Shown: piece after piece, positions 7,634 through 15,553 of the stretch
How the letters are laid out: every line of letters begins with the position of its first letter
Position numbering within the stretch: position 1 is the stretch's first letter
IMG/VR virus record: IMGVR_UViG_3300020395_001275
DNA from: an uncultured virus (IMG/VR IMGVR_UViG_3300020395_001275)
Taxonomy: Duplodnaviria; Heunggongvirae; Uroviricota; Caudoviricetes
Direction: 5' to 3' (one strand)
Length of the DNA: 20,000 nucleotides
Made by a program: the position numbers and the translations under genes
Notes under the pieces: generated by a model
The model's input: the letters and a program-made list of their open reading frames with translations, nothing else
Databases searched by the model: none
Told to the model about the DNA's origin: nothing

Positions 7634-7662
7634 AGTATATAGGTATTTTTACTCTTTGTCAA
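7634..7662 (-). promoter_or_regulatory. Sigma70-type promoter
   Basis: TTGACA (7657-7662) - 17 nt - TATACT (7634-7639). Confidence 0.7.
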
Positions 7663-7847
7663 GCACCCGAAGGTAAGTGTTGTAATTGAAACACACGGAC
7701 TGCCTTCCCACCACCAGTGTCATCGTCATCATCGTCATTAAATGCACGAAGAATGAGTTCGATCAACACCAAAGAAGCCATTGGGTAAAAGACCCATAAA
7801 ATGGCTGTAAAAGGTGTTATTGAGTTGTCAGCGATGAGTTCGCCCAT
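7659..7847 (-). CDS. Small membrane protein with poly-Asp tract, hli-cluster associated
   Basis: TM helix followed by NDDDDDDTGGG; lies directly downstream of the hli genes. Confidence 0.7.
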   Translation of the reverse strand: MGELIADNSITPFTAILWVFYPMASLVLIELILRAFNDDDDDDTGGGKAVRVFQLQHLPSGA

Positions 7848-7892
7848 GTGTATTAAGAATTGTTACGAATAATTATTTAGTTTTGTAAAGTT

Positions 7893-8030
7893 TTAGACTA
7901 AACCAGGAATGAGTTGCCCAGTGAAACTGTAGCTAGCGAAAGCTGCGACACAGCCAACGATAGCAGCAATACCATTCCACTTTTCAGCGATGGAGAAGTC
8001 AACTTGATCGTTTCTTTTTTCATTTTTCAT
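7893..8030 (-). CDS. hli: High-light inducible protein (45 aa)
   Basis: Manual ORF MKNEKRNDQVDFSIAEKWNGIAAIVGCVAAFASYSFTGQLIPGLV; AExxNG and TGQxIPG motifs. Confidence 0.9.
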   Translation of the reverse strand: MKNEKRNDQVDFSIAEKWNGIAAIVGCVAAFASYSFTGQLIPGLV

Positions 8031-8143
8031 TAGTAGATACCTGGTACGAGGTGACCTGTAAATGCATAGGTTCCACAGATAACTAGGAAACCCATCATTG
8101 CTGCACGACCTTGTGCTTTTAGGAAAATATTTTGGTTTTTCAT
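8030..8143 (-). CDS. hli: Divergent high-light inducible protein (37 aa)
   Basis: Manual ORF MKNQNIFLKAQGRAAMMGFLVICGTYAFTGHLVPGIY; GRxAM and TGxxxPG are retained, but ExxN is replaced by LxxQ. Confidence 0.8.
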   Translation of the reverse strand: MKNQNIFLKAQGRAAMMGFLVICGTYAFTGHLVPGIY

Positions 8144-8144
8144 T

Positions 8145-8252
8145 TTAGAAAATACCTGGTATGATTTGTCCTGTTGTTGCGTATGCACCGACTGCTGCTA
8201 CGAAACCGAGCATTGCTGCCCAACCATTAAATTTTTCTGCTTCTGGAGTCAT
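8145..8252 (-). CDS. hli: High-light inducible protein (35 aa)
   Basis: Manual ORF MTPEAEKFNGWAAMLGFVAAVGAYATTGQIIPGIF, the canonical multicopy Prochlorococcus/phage Hli. Confidence 0.95.
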   Translation of the reverse strand: MTPEAEKFNGWAAMLGFVAAVGAYATTGQIIPGIF

Positions 8253-8300
8253 TGTTCTTAGATTTGTAAAGGAATAGAATTAATAGAGACCTGTCTATGC

Positions 8301-8516
8301 TTACGCAAAGCCAGGTATGATCCACCCGAAAAAGGTGTAATTAGTAACTGCTGCTACTAGTCCGATCATTGCTAGACGACCGTTAAGTAATTCAGCACGT
8401 TGCCAGTAGGTACCGTCTTGGTCAACCACTTGGATTTGAGGTTCGATAGAAAAGATATTCTGTCTACCACCAGATTCTGTGGTCATACCTTTGTACTTGG
8501 CATTTGTCGTAGTCAT
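8301..8516 (-). CDS. hli: High-light inducible protein (71 aa)
   Basis: TTESGGRQNIF N-terminal motif, AELLNGRLAMIG and GWIIPGF. Confidence 0.95.
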   Translation of the reverse strand: MTTTNAKYKGMTTESGGRQNIFSIEPQIQVVDQDGTYWQRAELLNGRLAMIGLVAAVTNYTFFGWIIPGFA

Positions 8517-8542
8517 AAAACTTCATTAAGTTATGTAACATT

Positions 8543-8572
8543 ATTATATAGCAAATATTAAATTTATGTCAA
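8543..8572 (-). promoter_or_regulatory. Sigma70-type promoter for the hli cluster
   Basis: TTGACA (8567-8572) - 18 nt - TATAAT (8543-8548); same CTATATAAT context as the psbA promoter. Confidence 0.7.
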
Positions 8573-8699
8573 GCCCCCTATGTGTGGAGAACCGAATGTA
8601 CATAATCTGTACCAATAGTGGGTATAAGTACCTCTTATACTGTTCTTTATGATACAAATATAAAACTGCTACATAATACTAGGGTAAGTTGTATCAAAA

Positions 8700-9200
8700 A
8701 TGAAAAAACTTTTATTGATATCAGCAGTGGTTGGGAGCATGGGATCTCCTGCATTTGCTGACATCACTCATAGAATGCAGTCATCGGTCTCATTGACTAC
8801 GAATGCGGCTGCAACACAGGTAGAGAGAATAGGTTCGACCTATAGCGTCTCTGGATCAGGTCTCACCATGGACGTTGCTGGTGGTAACACTGCTGATAAT
8901 ATGGTTGGTGGCATCGGTAGTCTCTCATCAGGCGTTGGTCAAGGTAGTATTGCTACAGGGACTACGACTACTGCAGGTGGGGCGTTCAGCTTTAGCCAGT
9001 CATTCATTCAAGGTGACGTAATAGAAACTACTGCTCCCGCAGTTGGTGCAGTTAGTGACTACTCTAGTCAGGTATCTACTGGCGTAGGTAGTGGAACTGG
9101 TACAGGTACTGTGACCTCAGCACATACTGTAACAGCAGTTGGTGGTGGATCAGGAACCTCAACCATAGGACAGTTCGTAACTGAATTAAATATCAACTAG
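8700..9200 (+). CDS. Putative exported Gly/Ser/Thr-rich protein
   Basis: Signal-peptide-like MKKLLLISAVVGSMGSPAFA; low-complexity, beta-rich body. Confidence 0.8.
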   Translation: MKKLLLISAVVGSMGSPAFADITHRMQSSVSLTTNAAATQVERIGSTYSVSGSGLTMDVAGGNTADNMVGGIGSLSSGVGQGSIATGTTTTAGGAFSFSQSFIQGDVIETTAPAVGAVSDYSSQVSTGVGSGTGTGTVTSAHTVTAVGGGSGTSTIGQFVTELNIN

Positions 9201-9202
9201 AG

Positions 9203-9655
9203 ATGAAGTATAGGCTTCTGCTATGTACATTATGTGCTATGGGTGGTGTAACCCCAGTGATAGCAGTGCCTGTGGTCCCCAATTTTACACAAGGCTCGAT
9301 GACGAGCCACACGGAAACGACTTCTACCGTGGTGGAGACCATAAATTCGATGGATTATGCCACAGGCTGGACCTATTCGGTAAGTGGCACAGGGGTAGAA
9401 CTTGAAGCAGGTAGTACTAACGTAGCACCTGATGCGACAACAACACAGAACAATACCATTAACGGTGTGACTTCAACATGGACTGGATTAGACTTATCAA
9501 CTCAACAAAAACCAAACTTCGTGCAGACGACACCAGGAGCAGCGTTCCAATTCACGGAACATTACAGTGGCCCAGGGCTTCAGACGCACACAATAATACA
9601 AAGAACCCAAACCGTAACAAGCGTCACAGACACAACCTCAATATTCCAACAATAG
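9203..9655 (+). CDS. Putative exported Thr-rich protein
   Basis: Signal-peptide-like N-terminus ending VIA-VPVVPNF; starts 2 nt after the previous stop. Confidence 0.8.
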   Translation: MKYRLLLCTLCAMGGVTPVIAVPVVPNFTQGSMTSHTETTSTVVETINSMDYATGWTYSVSGTGVELEAGSTNVAPDATTTQNNTINGVTSTWTGLDLSTQQKPNFVQTTPGAAFQFTEHYSGPGLQTHTIIQRTQTVTSVTDTTSIFQQ

Positions 9656-10476
9656 CGTTGGCACTGTTCACATGTGTACCTACGTACGCACAGACAGATG
9701 TTGGAGGTGTATCTGCTACAGCAAACCCGATCGCCAATTCTTCAGGCTCAGTCACCAACCAGGCAATACAAGTTTTACAAGGACCATATGTAACATCTCA
9801 GATGGGAGATGGTATCTCATGTCAAGGTGCTACCTTTAATTTTACACCATACATCACTGGAAATATTTCACAACAGCATCCTTACGAACCGATCTATCAA
9901 GATCCTGTGTACAACAACGTGGATGCAGATGATGACGGTGTACCAGACAATCCTGGCCAAATTCTCTACTATGTTCCTACTCGTACAGGTCAGAAGAACA
10001 ATACTAATGTGTCAGTAGGTATGTCTGCTACATGGTCACGTCCATTAGATAAAGAACAGATAGAACTATGTAAAACAGCAGCCTCACTGCACAATGAATA
10101 CCGTGCACAGTTGACTGCCAATAAAAGATTAGATTTTGAGATAGCTCGTTTGAAAAATTGCGGGGAGTTGATGAAAGCTGGTATAGTATTCCATCCAAGT
10201 TCACCATATCATGCTGTATGTGCTGACGTTATGTTAATCAATCCACCTGGTGTGGTAGGTCAACACACACATTCTATCGACGTTTCTTCACAGGACCTAG
10301 ACCTTTCTTCTTCCGATATTCATCAGCAACAATCTCAGAACGTGTCGGTCGAACAGTCTTCCGACCGAGGATGGCGTTGGCCTTGGTCAACCCCTGCTTT
10401 ATCGCAGGACGAAACACCCTCAGGAGCAGATCAGCTAGGGGTTTTGCAAGTAGGGCAGATGCACCCGCAACCGTAG
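9478..10476 (+). CDS. Putative exported/outer-membrane-associated protein (true start uncertain)
   Basis: ORF track 332 aa; a signal-like segment KRHRHNLNIPTIALALFTCVPTYA lies about 47-70 codons in; acidic DADDDGVPD motif; several Cys. Confidence 0.7.
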   Translation: MDWIRLINSTKTKLRADDTRSSVPIHGTLQWPRASDAHNNTKNPNRNKRHRHNLNIPTIALALFTCVPTYAQTDVGGVSATANPIANSSGSVTNQAIQVLQGPYVTSQMGDGISCQGATFNFTPYITGNISQQHPYEPIYQDPVYNNVDADDDGVPDNPGQILYYVPTRTGQKNNTNVSVGMSATWSRPLDKEQIELCKTAASLHNEYRAQLTANKRLDFEIARLKNCGELMKAGIVFHPSSPYHAVCADVMLINPPGVVGQHTHSIDVSSQDLDLSSSDIHQQQSQNVSVEQSSDRGWRWPWSTPALSQDETPSGADQLGVLQVGQMHPQP

Positions 10477-11056
10477 CTATCACTGCGGTGGTCGTTGCTA
10501 CCTGAGTGCTTGGTAGGTACTGTTCAACAGGTCCAATATTCTCATACAATATTACACAAATTTTTTGTCCTTGATTATTAGGGTCAGGTTGGAGTTCATA
10601 TCCACTGACCTTTTCTTTTTGGTTTTGTGCTATGTCTCCTATGCGTGGTTGATTAGGACCAGGACACTCTGGATCTTTTGGTACTGCTCCAGTAGTATCG
10701 GGTGTCTCAGGGGCACCTGGTGGGTCTGGTGGAGGTACAACATCAGGTGGTGGTAACTCTCTTACTATGGTTAACTGCTCTGGTTCATAGTTCATCGCAT
10801 CATACGATGGAACCTCACCATCACATAAGGTCATAACCTTAGAGGAATCATCCTCTGGTAAATTCTGTGCGTTCCTATCATCTGGATGTGCCTCAACACA
10901 ACCAGGAATATTTACTATAGGTCTTCCAATATATTCTGTAATTCTAGGATGACCTGGTGCTAGAGGTGTTGGTACATCATAATTAAAAACGTTAACATTA
11001 GGAATTTTTATGTTCCTAACATTAACGTCATTAATAGTTTGAGTTGGTATAGTCAT
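10274..11056 (-). CDS. Pro-rich hypothetical protein with a C-terminal hydrophobic segment and basic tail
   Basis: ORF track 10274..11062; likely start MTIPTQ at 11056 (ATGA overlap); CTAAATA box at 11087-11093. Confidence 0.75.
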   Translation of the reverse strand: MTIPTQTINDVNVRNIKIPNVNVFNYDVPTPLAPGHPRITEYIGRPIVNIPGCVEAHPDDRNAQNLPEDDSSKVMTLCDGEVPSYDAMNYEPEQLTIVRELPPPDVVPPPDPPGAPETPDTTGAVPKDPECPGPNQPRIGDIAQNQKEKVSGYELQPDPNNQGQKICVILYENIGPVEQYLPSTQVATTTAVIATVAGASALLAKPLADLLLRVFRPAIKQGLTKANAILGRKTVRPTRSEIVADEYRKKKGLGPVKKRR

Positions 11057-11205
11057 TGCCAATACTCATCAAGTACATCAAGTACTCTATTTAGATAATC
11101 ATTTGCTCCTTGGCAGTACCCTTGACCCTTCTCTCCGATCTCACATTTATAATGTATTTCTCTTTTGAGTTGCATGAGTTTGTTGATCATAGCAACTTTA
11201 TTCAC
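11053..11205 (-). CDS. Small hypothetical protein (50 aa, GTG start)
   Basis: Manual ORF (V/M)NKVAMINKLMQLKREIHYKCEIGEKGQGYCQGANDYLNRVLDVLDEYWQ; fills the gap between its neighbours. Confidence 0.6.
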   Translation of the reverse strand: MNKVAMINKLMQLKREIHYKCEIGEKGQGYCQGANDYLNRVLDVLDEYWQ

Positions 11206-11428
11206 TCGTCCATTCACGATAGAATTCACCTTCTTTCATGCTATGTAGGTATTCTAATACGTGTTCTCGGATTTGCATCAGCTCATGATAACATTTCTGG
11301 TTATGAGCACAACCTCTTAACTTGTGGTCAGGTGCCAGAACCGATTCACAAAATAGATCTAGTGCTCTATTAAGTTTCTCGGCTCGGGTCTCCTCACCAT
11401 CAATGGAGTTCTGATCTTTAGAAGCCAC
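11198..11428 (-). CDS. Conserved cyanophage hypothetical protein
   Basis: ORF track 76 aa; LRGCAHNQKCYHELM motif. Confidence 0.7.
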   Translation of the reverse strand: MASKDQNSIDGEETRAEKLNRALDLFCESVLAPDHKLRGCAHNQKCYHELMQIREHVLEYLHSMKEGEFYREWTSE

Positions 11429-11675
11429 TAGGAGGTGTTGCAGGAACTGCTATGGGATTCATGGGTGCTGCAGGTCCAGTTGTGTCTGGAACCAAACCAC
11501 CAAGTGATGAACCCAGTCCGCTAGTGACTTGCTCCAAGACTTGAGACTTGACGTTATCAATAATTTTTCCTCGATTGGCATATAGAGATACCCCACCAAC
11601 AACAATGGCAAGAGATACAACACCAGACGATATTGCGATGACATTTACAATTTTTTGCATTGAATTAAATAACAA
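11418..11675 (-). CDS. Hypothetical membrane-anchored protein
   Basis: N-terminal TM helix and Pro-rich C-terminus. Confidence 0.7.
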   Translation of the reverse strand: MLFNSMQKIVNVIAISSGVVSLAIVVGGVSLYANRGKIIDNVKSQVLEQVTSGLGSSLGGLVPDTTGPAAPMNPIAVPATPPSGF

Positions 11676-11677
11676 AT

Positions 11678-12073
11678 TTACTTTGTGTCAGGAACTATTT
11701 TTACAGGACCTGATTCAATCCTGATAGTTTGTGCAGGGGCAGTTTCAGATGCTTTAGCAATAAGAAACTCCATATCTTTTTTAGATATGTTGGGACTACT
11801 ACCATCACCATTCTTTTTCTTACCTCCCGCTTGGACTCCAAAAGTAGCTAAAGTTCCTGTAAAGACCGAAGCTATAAAGGTTGGATCAATTCTCTCTCCT
11901 CTCTCGTAGCCTGGTATTTTAACGTAATTTAACGTCAAGATTCCTGCGGACCACACAAGGACTATCACTCTTATGAGTGTAGCTAAGTATTGAAGTTGTT
12001 CCTCCTTATCTTCTGCTACTTCTTTAAGTTTACCAAGAGGACCTTTCCTTTCCTCTTTCTTTACATCAGTCAT
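11678..12073 (-). CDS. Hypothetical membrane protein (2 TM)
   Basis: Two hydrophobic segments (LIRVIVLVWSAGILTLNY; FIASVFTGTLATFGV) with charged termini. Confidence 0.75.
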   Translation of the reverse strand: MTDVKKEERKGPLGKLKEVAEDKEEQLQYLATLIRVIVLVWSAGILTLNYVKIPGYERGERIDPTFIASVFTGTLATFGVQAGGKKKNGDGSSPNISKKDMEFLIAKASETAPAQTIRIESGPVKIVPDTK

Positions 12074-12100
12074 TATATTATTGTGACTGATATTATGTAG

Positions 12101-12919
12101 CTACTTTAGCACGTAATCCTTCAAACTGTCAAGGCTTGTCTTCATAATTCCCTTGAGATCATCATAATTCTCATTGAGTGCAGAGTTAATACCACCCATG
12201 ACTAATGCTTCTTGCTCTGGCATAGTCTCTAGTGTACTATGTACTGTTGATACACTGTTACCATACAGTATAGTCTCATAATTGTCAAAGGTTGCCTTGT
12301 TAAACTTAGAGAACACCTTTGGATCCCACTGATATATCATGTTGAAGAAACCACTCTCTTGTTGGTACACTTCACCATCCATTACTATAGTCTGACCATC
12401 CCACTTCTTAGCACCTGATGCTTCAGTTCCTACGTCTGGTCTATCCCACTTAGTAATCTCATTCACAAGGTTGATTGCCTTGATAGGTTCTCCACAGAAT
12501 ATAATAGTTTTATCTACTGCTGATAATCTAATTAATTTTTTCTTATCGTTGATTGGTTGAGCAGCATATGATGGCCAAATATATCCACCAAATATTTTAC
12601 CCTTAGATAATGAGTACCCACTCATGTCACCATAAAAAACTGCTGTACCTCTGATGAGTACAACAGGAAGTCTACTACTCTTAACAATAGCGTAGTGTAA
12701 TCTGGATTGTCTTATCTTATTATCATATGCAACGAACTTATGTCCACCTTCCTTACACCATTTCTCACAGAAAGTTTTTACTGCAGGAGATGTACCGACA
12801 TAGTGTACCGTTGCAGTATGCTCTGGAAATCCTATACTAAATGTTTTTAATGCTGATGCAGCAGTAGAAGGTACAGCATCCTGATCTGCCTTTACTACTA
12901 TATGTGGTAACCAATCCAT
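12101..12919 (-). CDS. Hypothetical protein (272 aa)
   Basis: Long ORF preceded by an ATAAATA box (12937-12943); no confident family. Confidence 0.8.
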   Translation of the reverse strand: MDWLPHIVVKADQDAVPSTAASALKTFSIGFPEHTATVHYVGTSPAVKTFCEKWCKEGGHKFVAYDNKIRQSRLHYAIVKSSRLPVVLIRGTAVFYGDMSGYSLSKGKIFGGYIWPSYAAQPINDKKKLIRLSAVDKTIIFCGEPIKAINLVNEITKWDRPDVGTEASGAKKWDGQTIVMDGEVYQQESGFFNMIYQWDPKVFSKFNKATFDNYETILYGNSVSTVHSTLETMPEQEALVMGGINSALNENYDDLKGIMKTSLDSLKDYVLK

Positions 12920-12939
12920 TGCACAACGTTTTTAGTTAT

Positions 12940-13110
12940 TTATGCTCCGTCGTCATGATCCCATAGATGTCTCATGTCATCTGGTTTCTGAGGAACCATC
13001 AGATATTTATTACCATCTGGTTTGACAACCAATATAGGTTCACCACCCTCTGCTAATGCAGCATAGTGATCTTCCTTTTTCTTAAGTTCTTCTTCTTTAA
13101 TTTCAATCAT
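12940..13110 (-). CDS. Small protein, possibly Phd/YefM-like fold
   Basis: Likely start MIEIKEEEL at 13110; ...AEGGEPILVVKPDGNKYLMVP resembles the Phd N-terminal domain. Confidence 0.55.
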   Translation of the reverse strand: MIEIKEEELKKKEDHYAALAEGGEPILVVKPDGNKYLMVPQKPDDMRHLWDHDDGA

Positions 13111-13853
13111 TGGATTACACTCCAAAAATCTCCGTAGTTCGTTGCATTCTCAGGATGCTTGAATGTAATATGTCTCATCCAATTAGGACCAAACAGTTTG
13201 ACACTAGTGTCTACTGTATTACCTAACCACTTGGTTGGTTCTTTACTCTCTCCTTTCATAAAGAAGTGAGATGACATATCACTTGCCCATGTCCGTTTAT
13301 CCACACGGTTCAATCCTTTGGGTCTATAGTCCCAGATATTATACATGAGAGTAATCCTACCCTCACTGTGTGGTAACACTCCGTGTATATATCTTGGATT
13401 AAAGGTGAGCATCCTTCCTTCCTCAGGGATCGAAAACACAACCTCAGTGGGTGGTATATTTCGATACTCCTTTTGGTTATTCCCAGTCGAAGTATCCCAA
13501 ACGATCGTTGGTGAATTGTGATTGTTGAGATAAGTGACTGTGGATAGGAGAGGATATTTCATCTCACCTTCATTCTCCCTCCTAACCATTTCATCATGGT
13601 CAGAGTGGAACGCTATCATTCTATCACACTTTTCAATAAAATGGAACCACCATTCAAATCCTGTAACATTTGGGTAGTCATCCTTGAAGTACATGTCATA
13701 TGAATCTAAGACATATTTCTCCAAAGCATTTTCTGGAGTATCATGCAGTCCTATCCAACAATTACCTGGTAGAGGGTTGAACATGTGCACTTCCCTAGTC
13801 AGTCTCCAAATGGATGTTGATGTAATAAGTCGAGGGTACTGTGCTATATCCAT
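13107..13853 (-). CDS. Putative 2OG-Fe(II) oxygenase (prolyl-hydroxylase-like)
   Basis: GFEWW, FHSD (HxD), STVTYL, YIHGV and RITLMYNIW motifs. Confidence 0.8.
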   Translation of the reverse strand: MDIAQYPRLITSTSIWRLTREVHMFNPLPGNCWIGLHDTPENALEKYVLDSYDMYFKDDYPNVTGFEWWFHFIEKCDRMIAFHSDHDEMVRRENEGEMKYPLLSTVTYLNNHNSPTIVWDTSTGNNQKEYRNIPPTEVVFSIPEEGRMLTFNPRYIHGVLPHSEGRITLMYNIWDYRPKGLNRVDKRTWASDMSSHFFMKGESKEPTKWLGNTVDTSVKLFGPNWMRHITFKHPENATNYGDFWSVIQ

Positions 13854-14086
13854 TATCTAATATCTACGTCAGTCATTCTAGTTGTTCTTCTTCGTGGTGA
13901 TTCTGTTCCCAATCTAATTTCTTTCTCTTCTCTAGGTTCTATTAATCCTATTACATACTGCATGTTCAGTCCACCATAGGTGTTACCACAAACATAGGTT
14001 TGATTGTCACAACCACACATCCTGTAATCATGTTCATGTTTAGATTGTATTGTGTTGTTGCATTTAGTGCAAGTTACTGTTGTCAT
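13853..14086 (-). CDS. Small Zn-ribbon-like protein
   Basis: CTKC...HDYRMCGCDN motif. Confidence 0.7.
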   Translation of the reverse strand: MTTVTCTKCNNTIQSKHEHDYRMCGCDNQTYVCGNTYGGLNMQYVIGLIEPREEKEIRLGTESPRRRTTRMTDVDIR

Positions 14087-14555
14087 TGGTCTTTAAAATA
14101 TCAACGAATAAAAATAACATATCATCGTCCGAATAATTATACCCTTCGTGAACATGATCCATGACATCATAGATCTGAGGTACTCCCTCTTCCCAGAAGA
14201 CTTTCTCTCCTTTCCATACCATGTAGCAACATTTGTTGCATGGTATGTATAATGGTATTTGTATTCGTCTGTAATGTATTCCGTAAACTGGAGGATCCTT
14301 ATGGGGTCCTAATTCTGTGCCTGGTTCAAAGCAAGATACTGTAGCAAAAACAATTTCCTCATTGTTTAATATCTCTGCTGCCTTCTCGTCTTCAACAACA
14401 GAACGTCTTACCCCGCCACCATTTTTGTTCTGTGCTTTTAACCAGCAGAAATATATATCCTTGTTAGAATAACCAACAGCAGTTGGAGCTCTCCTAAGGG
14501 GAAAATCTGTTCTTGTTGCCCATCCATAAAGATAATCTAAATCATTTCGTTTCAT
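14064..14555 (-). CDS. Aspartyl/asparaginyl beta-hydroxylase-like 2OG-Fe(II) oxygenase
   Basis: PGTELGPHKD (HxD), RIQIPL, WEEG...YD..HVHEGYN...LFVD motifs. Confidence 0.8.
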   Translation of the reverse strand: MKRNDLDYLYGWATRTDFPLRRAPTAVGYSNKDIYFCWLKAQNKNGGGVRRSVVEDEKAAEILNNEEIVFATVSCFEPGTELGPHKDPPVYGIHYRRIQIPLYIPCNKCCYMVWKGEKVFWEEGVPQIYDVMDHVHEGYNYSDDDMLFLFVDILKTNDNSNLH

Positions 14556-14563
14556 TCTGTTTG

Positions 14564-14815
14564 TTATACATCCAATATTGCATCCATTATAAACTGTTTT
14601 GTTAGGTCAGGTTTTCCAAATAGATCTAACTGAACACCATCAGCATCAACAAAAAGATCATCGTCAAGACGTTTGCGACTGTGTTGCCAGTAGTATGTGT
14701 TATCTTCCCTCTTCCAAAAGTAACTGGTGTTATGTGAGTCCAGTAGAAACACACTGATTAGTTCTTGATGTCTTTGCCAACAAGGATCTTCTAATCGTTT
14801 TTGATATTCATCCAA
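14564..14815 (-). CDS. Hypothetical protein
   Basis: ORF track 83 aa; fills the space between ndhI and the hydroxylase gene. Confidence 0.6.
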   Translation of the reverse strand: MDEYQKRLEDPCWQRHQELISVFLLDSHNTSYFWKREDNTYYWQHSRKRLDDDLFVDADGVQLDLFGKPDLTKQFIMDAILDV

Positions 14816-15375
14816 TCGAGTACCTCAGATGGTAATTTACCAACTCTAGGGTCACTGTCCTTGACTGTGTGTGGATCCATCTCACCCTTGGGTAGATAAG
14901 TAAGTTCACGCAATGATCTAACTGAGGGATCAGTTGTAACATTAGTGGGAAGTCGTCCAAGAGCGACATTATCATAGTTAAGTTGATGCCTGTCAAATAC
15001 TGATAGTTCATATTCTTCTGTATGTGATAGACAGTTAGTGGGACAATACTCTACGCAGTTACCGCAGAATATACATGCTCCAAAGTCTATCGAATAATTT
15101 CTTAGTTCTTTTTTCTTTGTCTGTTTGTTCATCACCCAGTCAACGACTGGTAGATTGATAGGGCATACTCTAACACATACTTCACAAGCAATACACTTGT
15201 CAAACTCGTAGTGTATGCGACCACGATACCTTTCGGATGGTATGAGTTTCTCATAAGGATACTGTACCGTTACAGGTCTACGACCCATATGGTCAAGAGT
15301 TACAGATAAACCTTGCAGCATATATTTTGCTGCCTGACTTATCTCTTTGATGTAACTAACTATCCCCTTGATCAT
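14791..15375 (-). CDS. ndhI: NAD(P)H-quinone oxidoreductase (NDH-1) subunit I, 2x[4Fe-4S]
   Basis: [41 protein letters not shown] and [12 protein letters not shown]; cyanobacterial NdhI signature. Confidence 0.96.
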   Translation of the reverse strand: MIKGIVSYIKEISQAAKYMLQGLSVTLDHMGRRPVTVQYPYEKLIPSERYRGRIHYEFDKCIACEVCVRVCPINLPVVDWVMNKQTKKKELRNYSIDFGACIFCGNCVEYCPTNCLSHTEEYELSVFDRHQLNYDNVALGRLPTNVTTDPSVRSLRELTYLPKGEMDPHTVKDSDPRVGKLPSEVLDWMNIKND

Positions 15376-15553
15376 CCCACTTACCTAGCACCATAACACT
15401 TGGGTTGTCTTCTTCAATCCATTCATGCCACTCCATATACAATGCAAACATATCTTCGTACTGTTTATCTAAGCACAGTTCATCACTACGATCCTGCATC
15501 CACTCTAGAAGTCTGTCAAGTTCATGCTTTAGTTTTGGAGGTGTGTTGTTCAT
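15356..15553 (-). CDS. Hypothetical protein
   Basis: ORF track 65 aa, acidic. Confidence 0.6.
   Translation of the reverse strand: MNNTPPKLKHELDRLLEWMQDRSDELCLDKQYEDMFALYMEWHEWIEEDNPSVMVLGKWDDQGDS

Noticed and set aside
11678..12073. Holin call for the 2-TM protein
   Set aside because: Topology alone is insufficient and no endolysin is adjacent.
12101..12919. Glycosyltransferase (GT-A) call for the 272-aa protein
   Set aside because: The N-terminal beta/alpha pattern is suggestive, but there is no DxD motif at the expected place (LIRGTAVF); this cannot be supported without a profile search.
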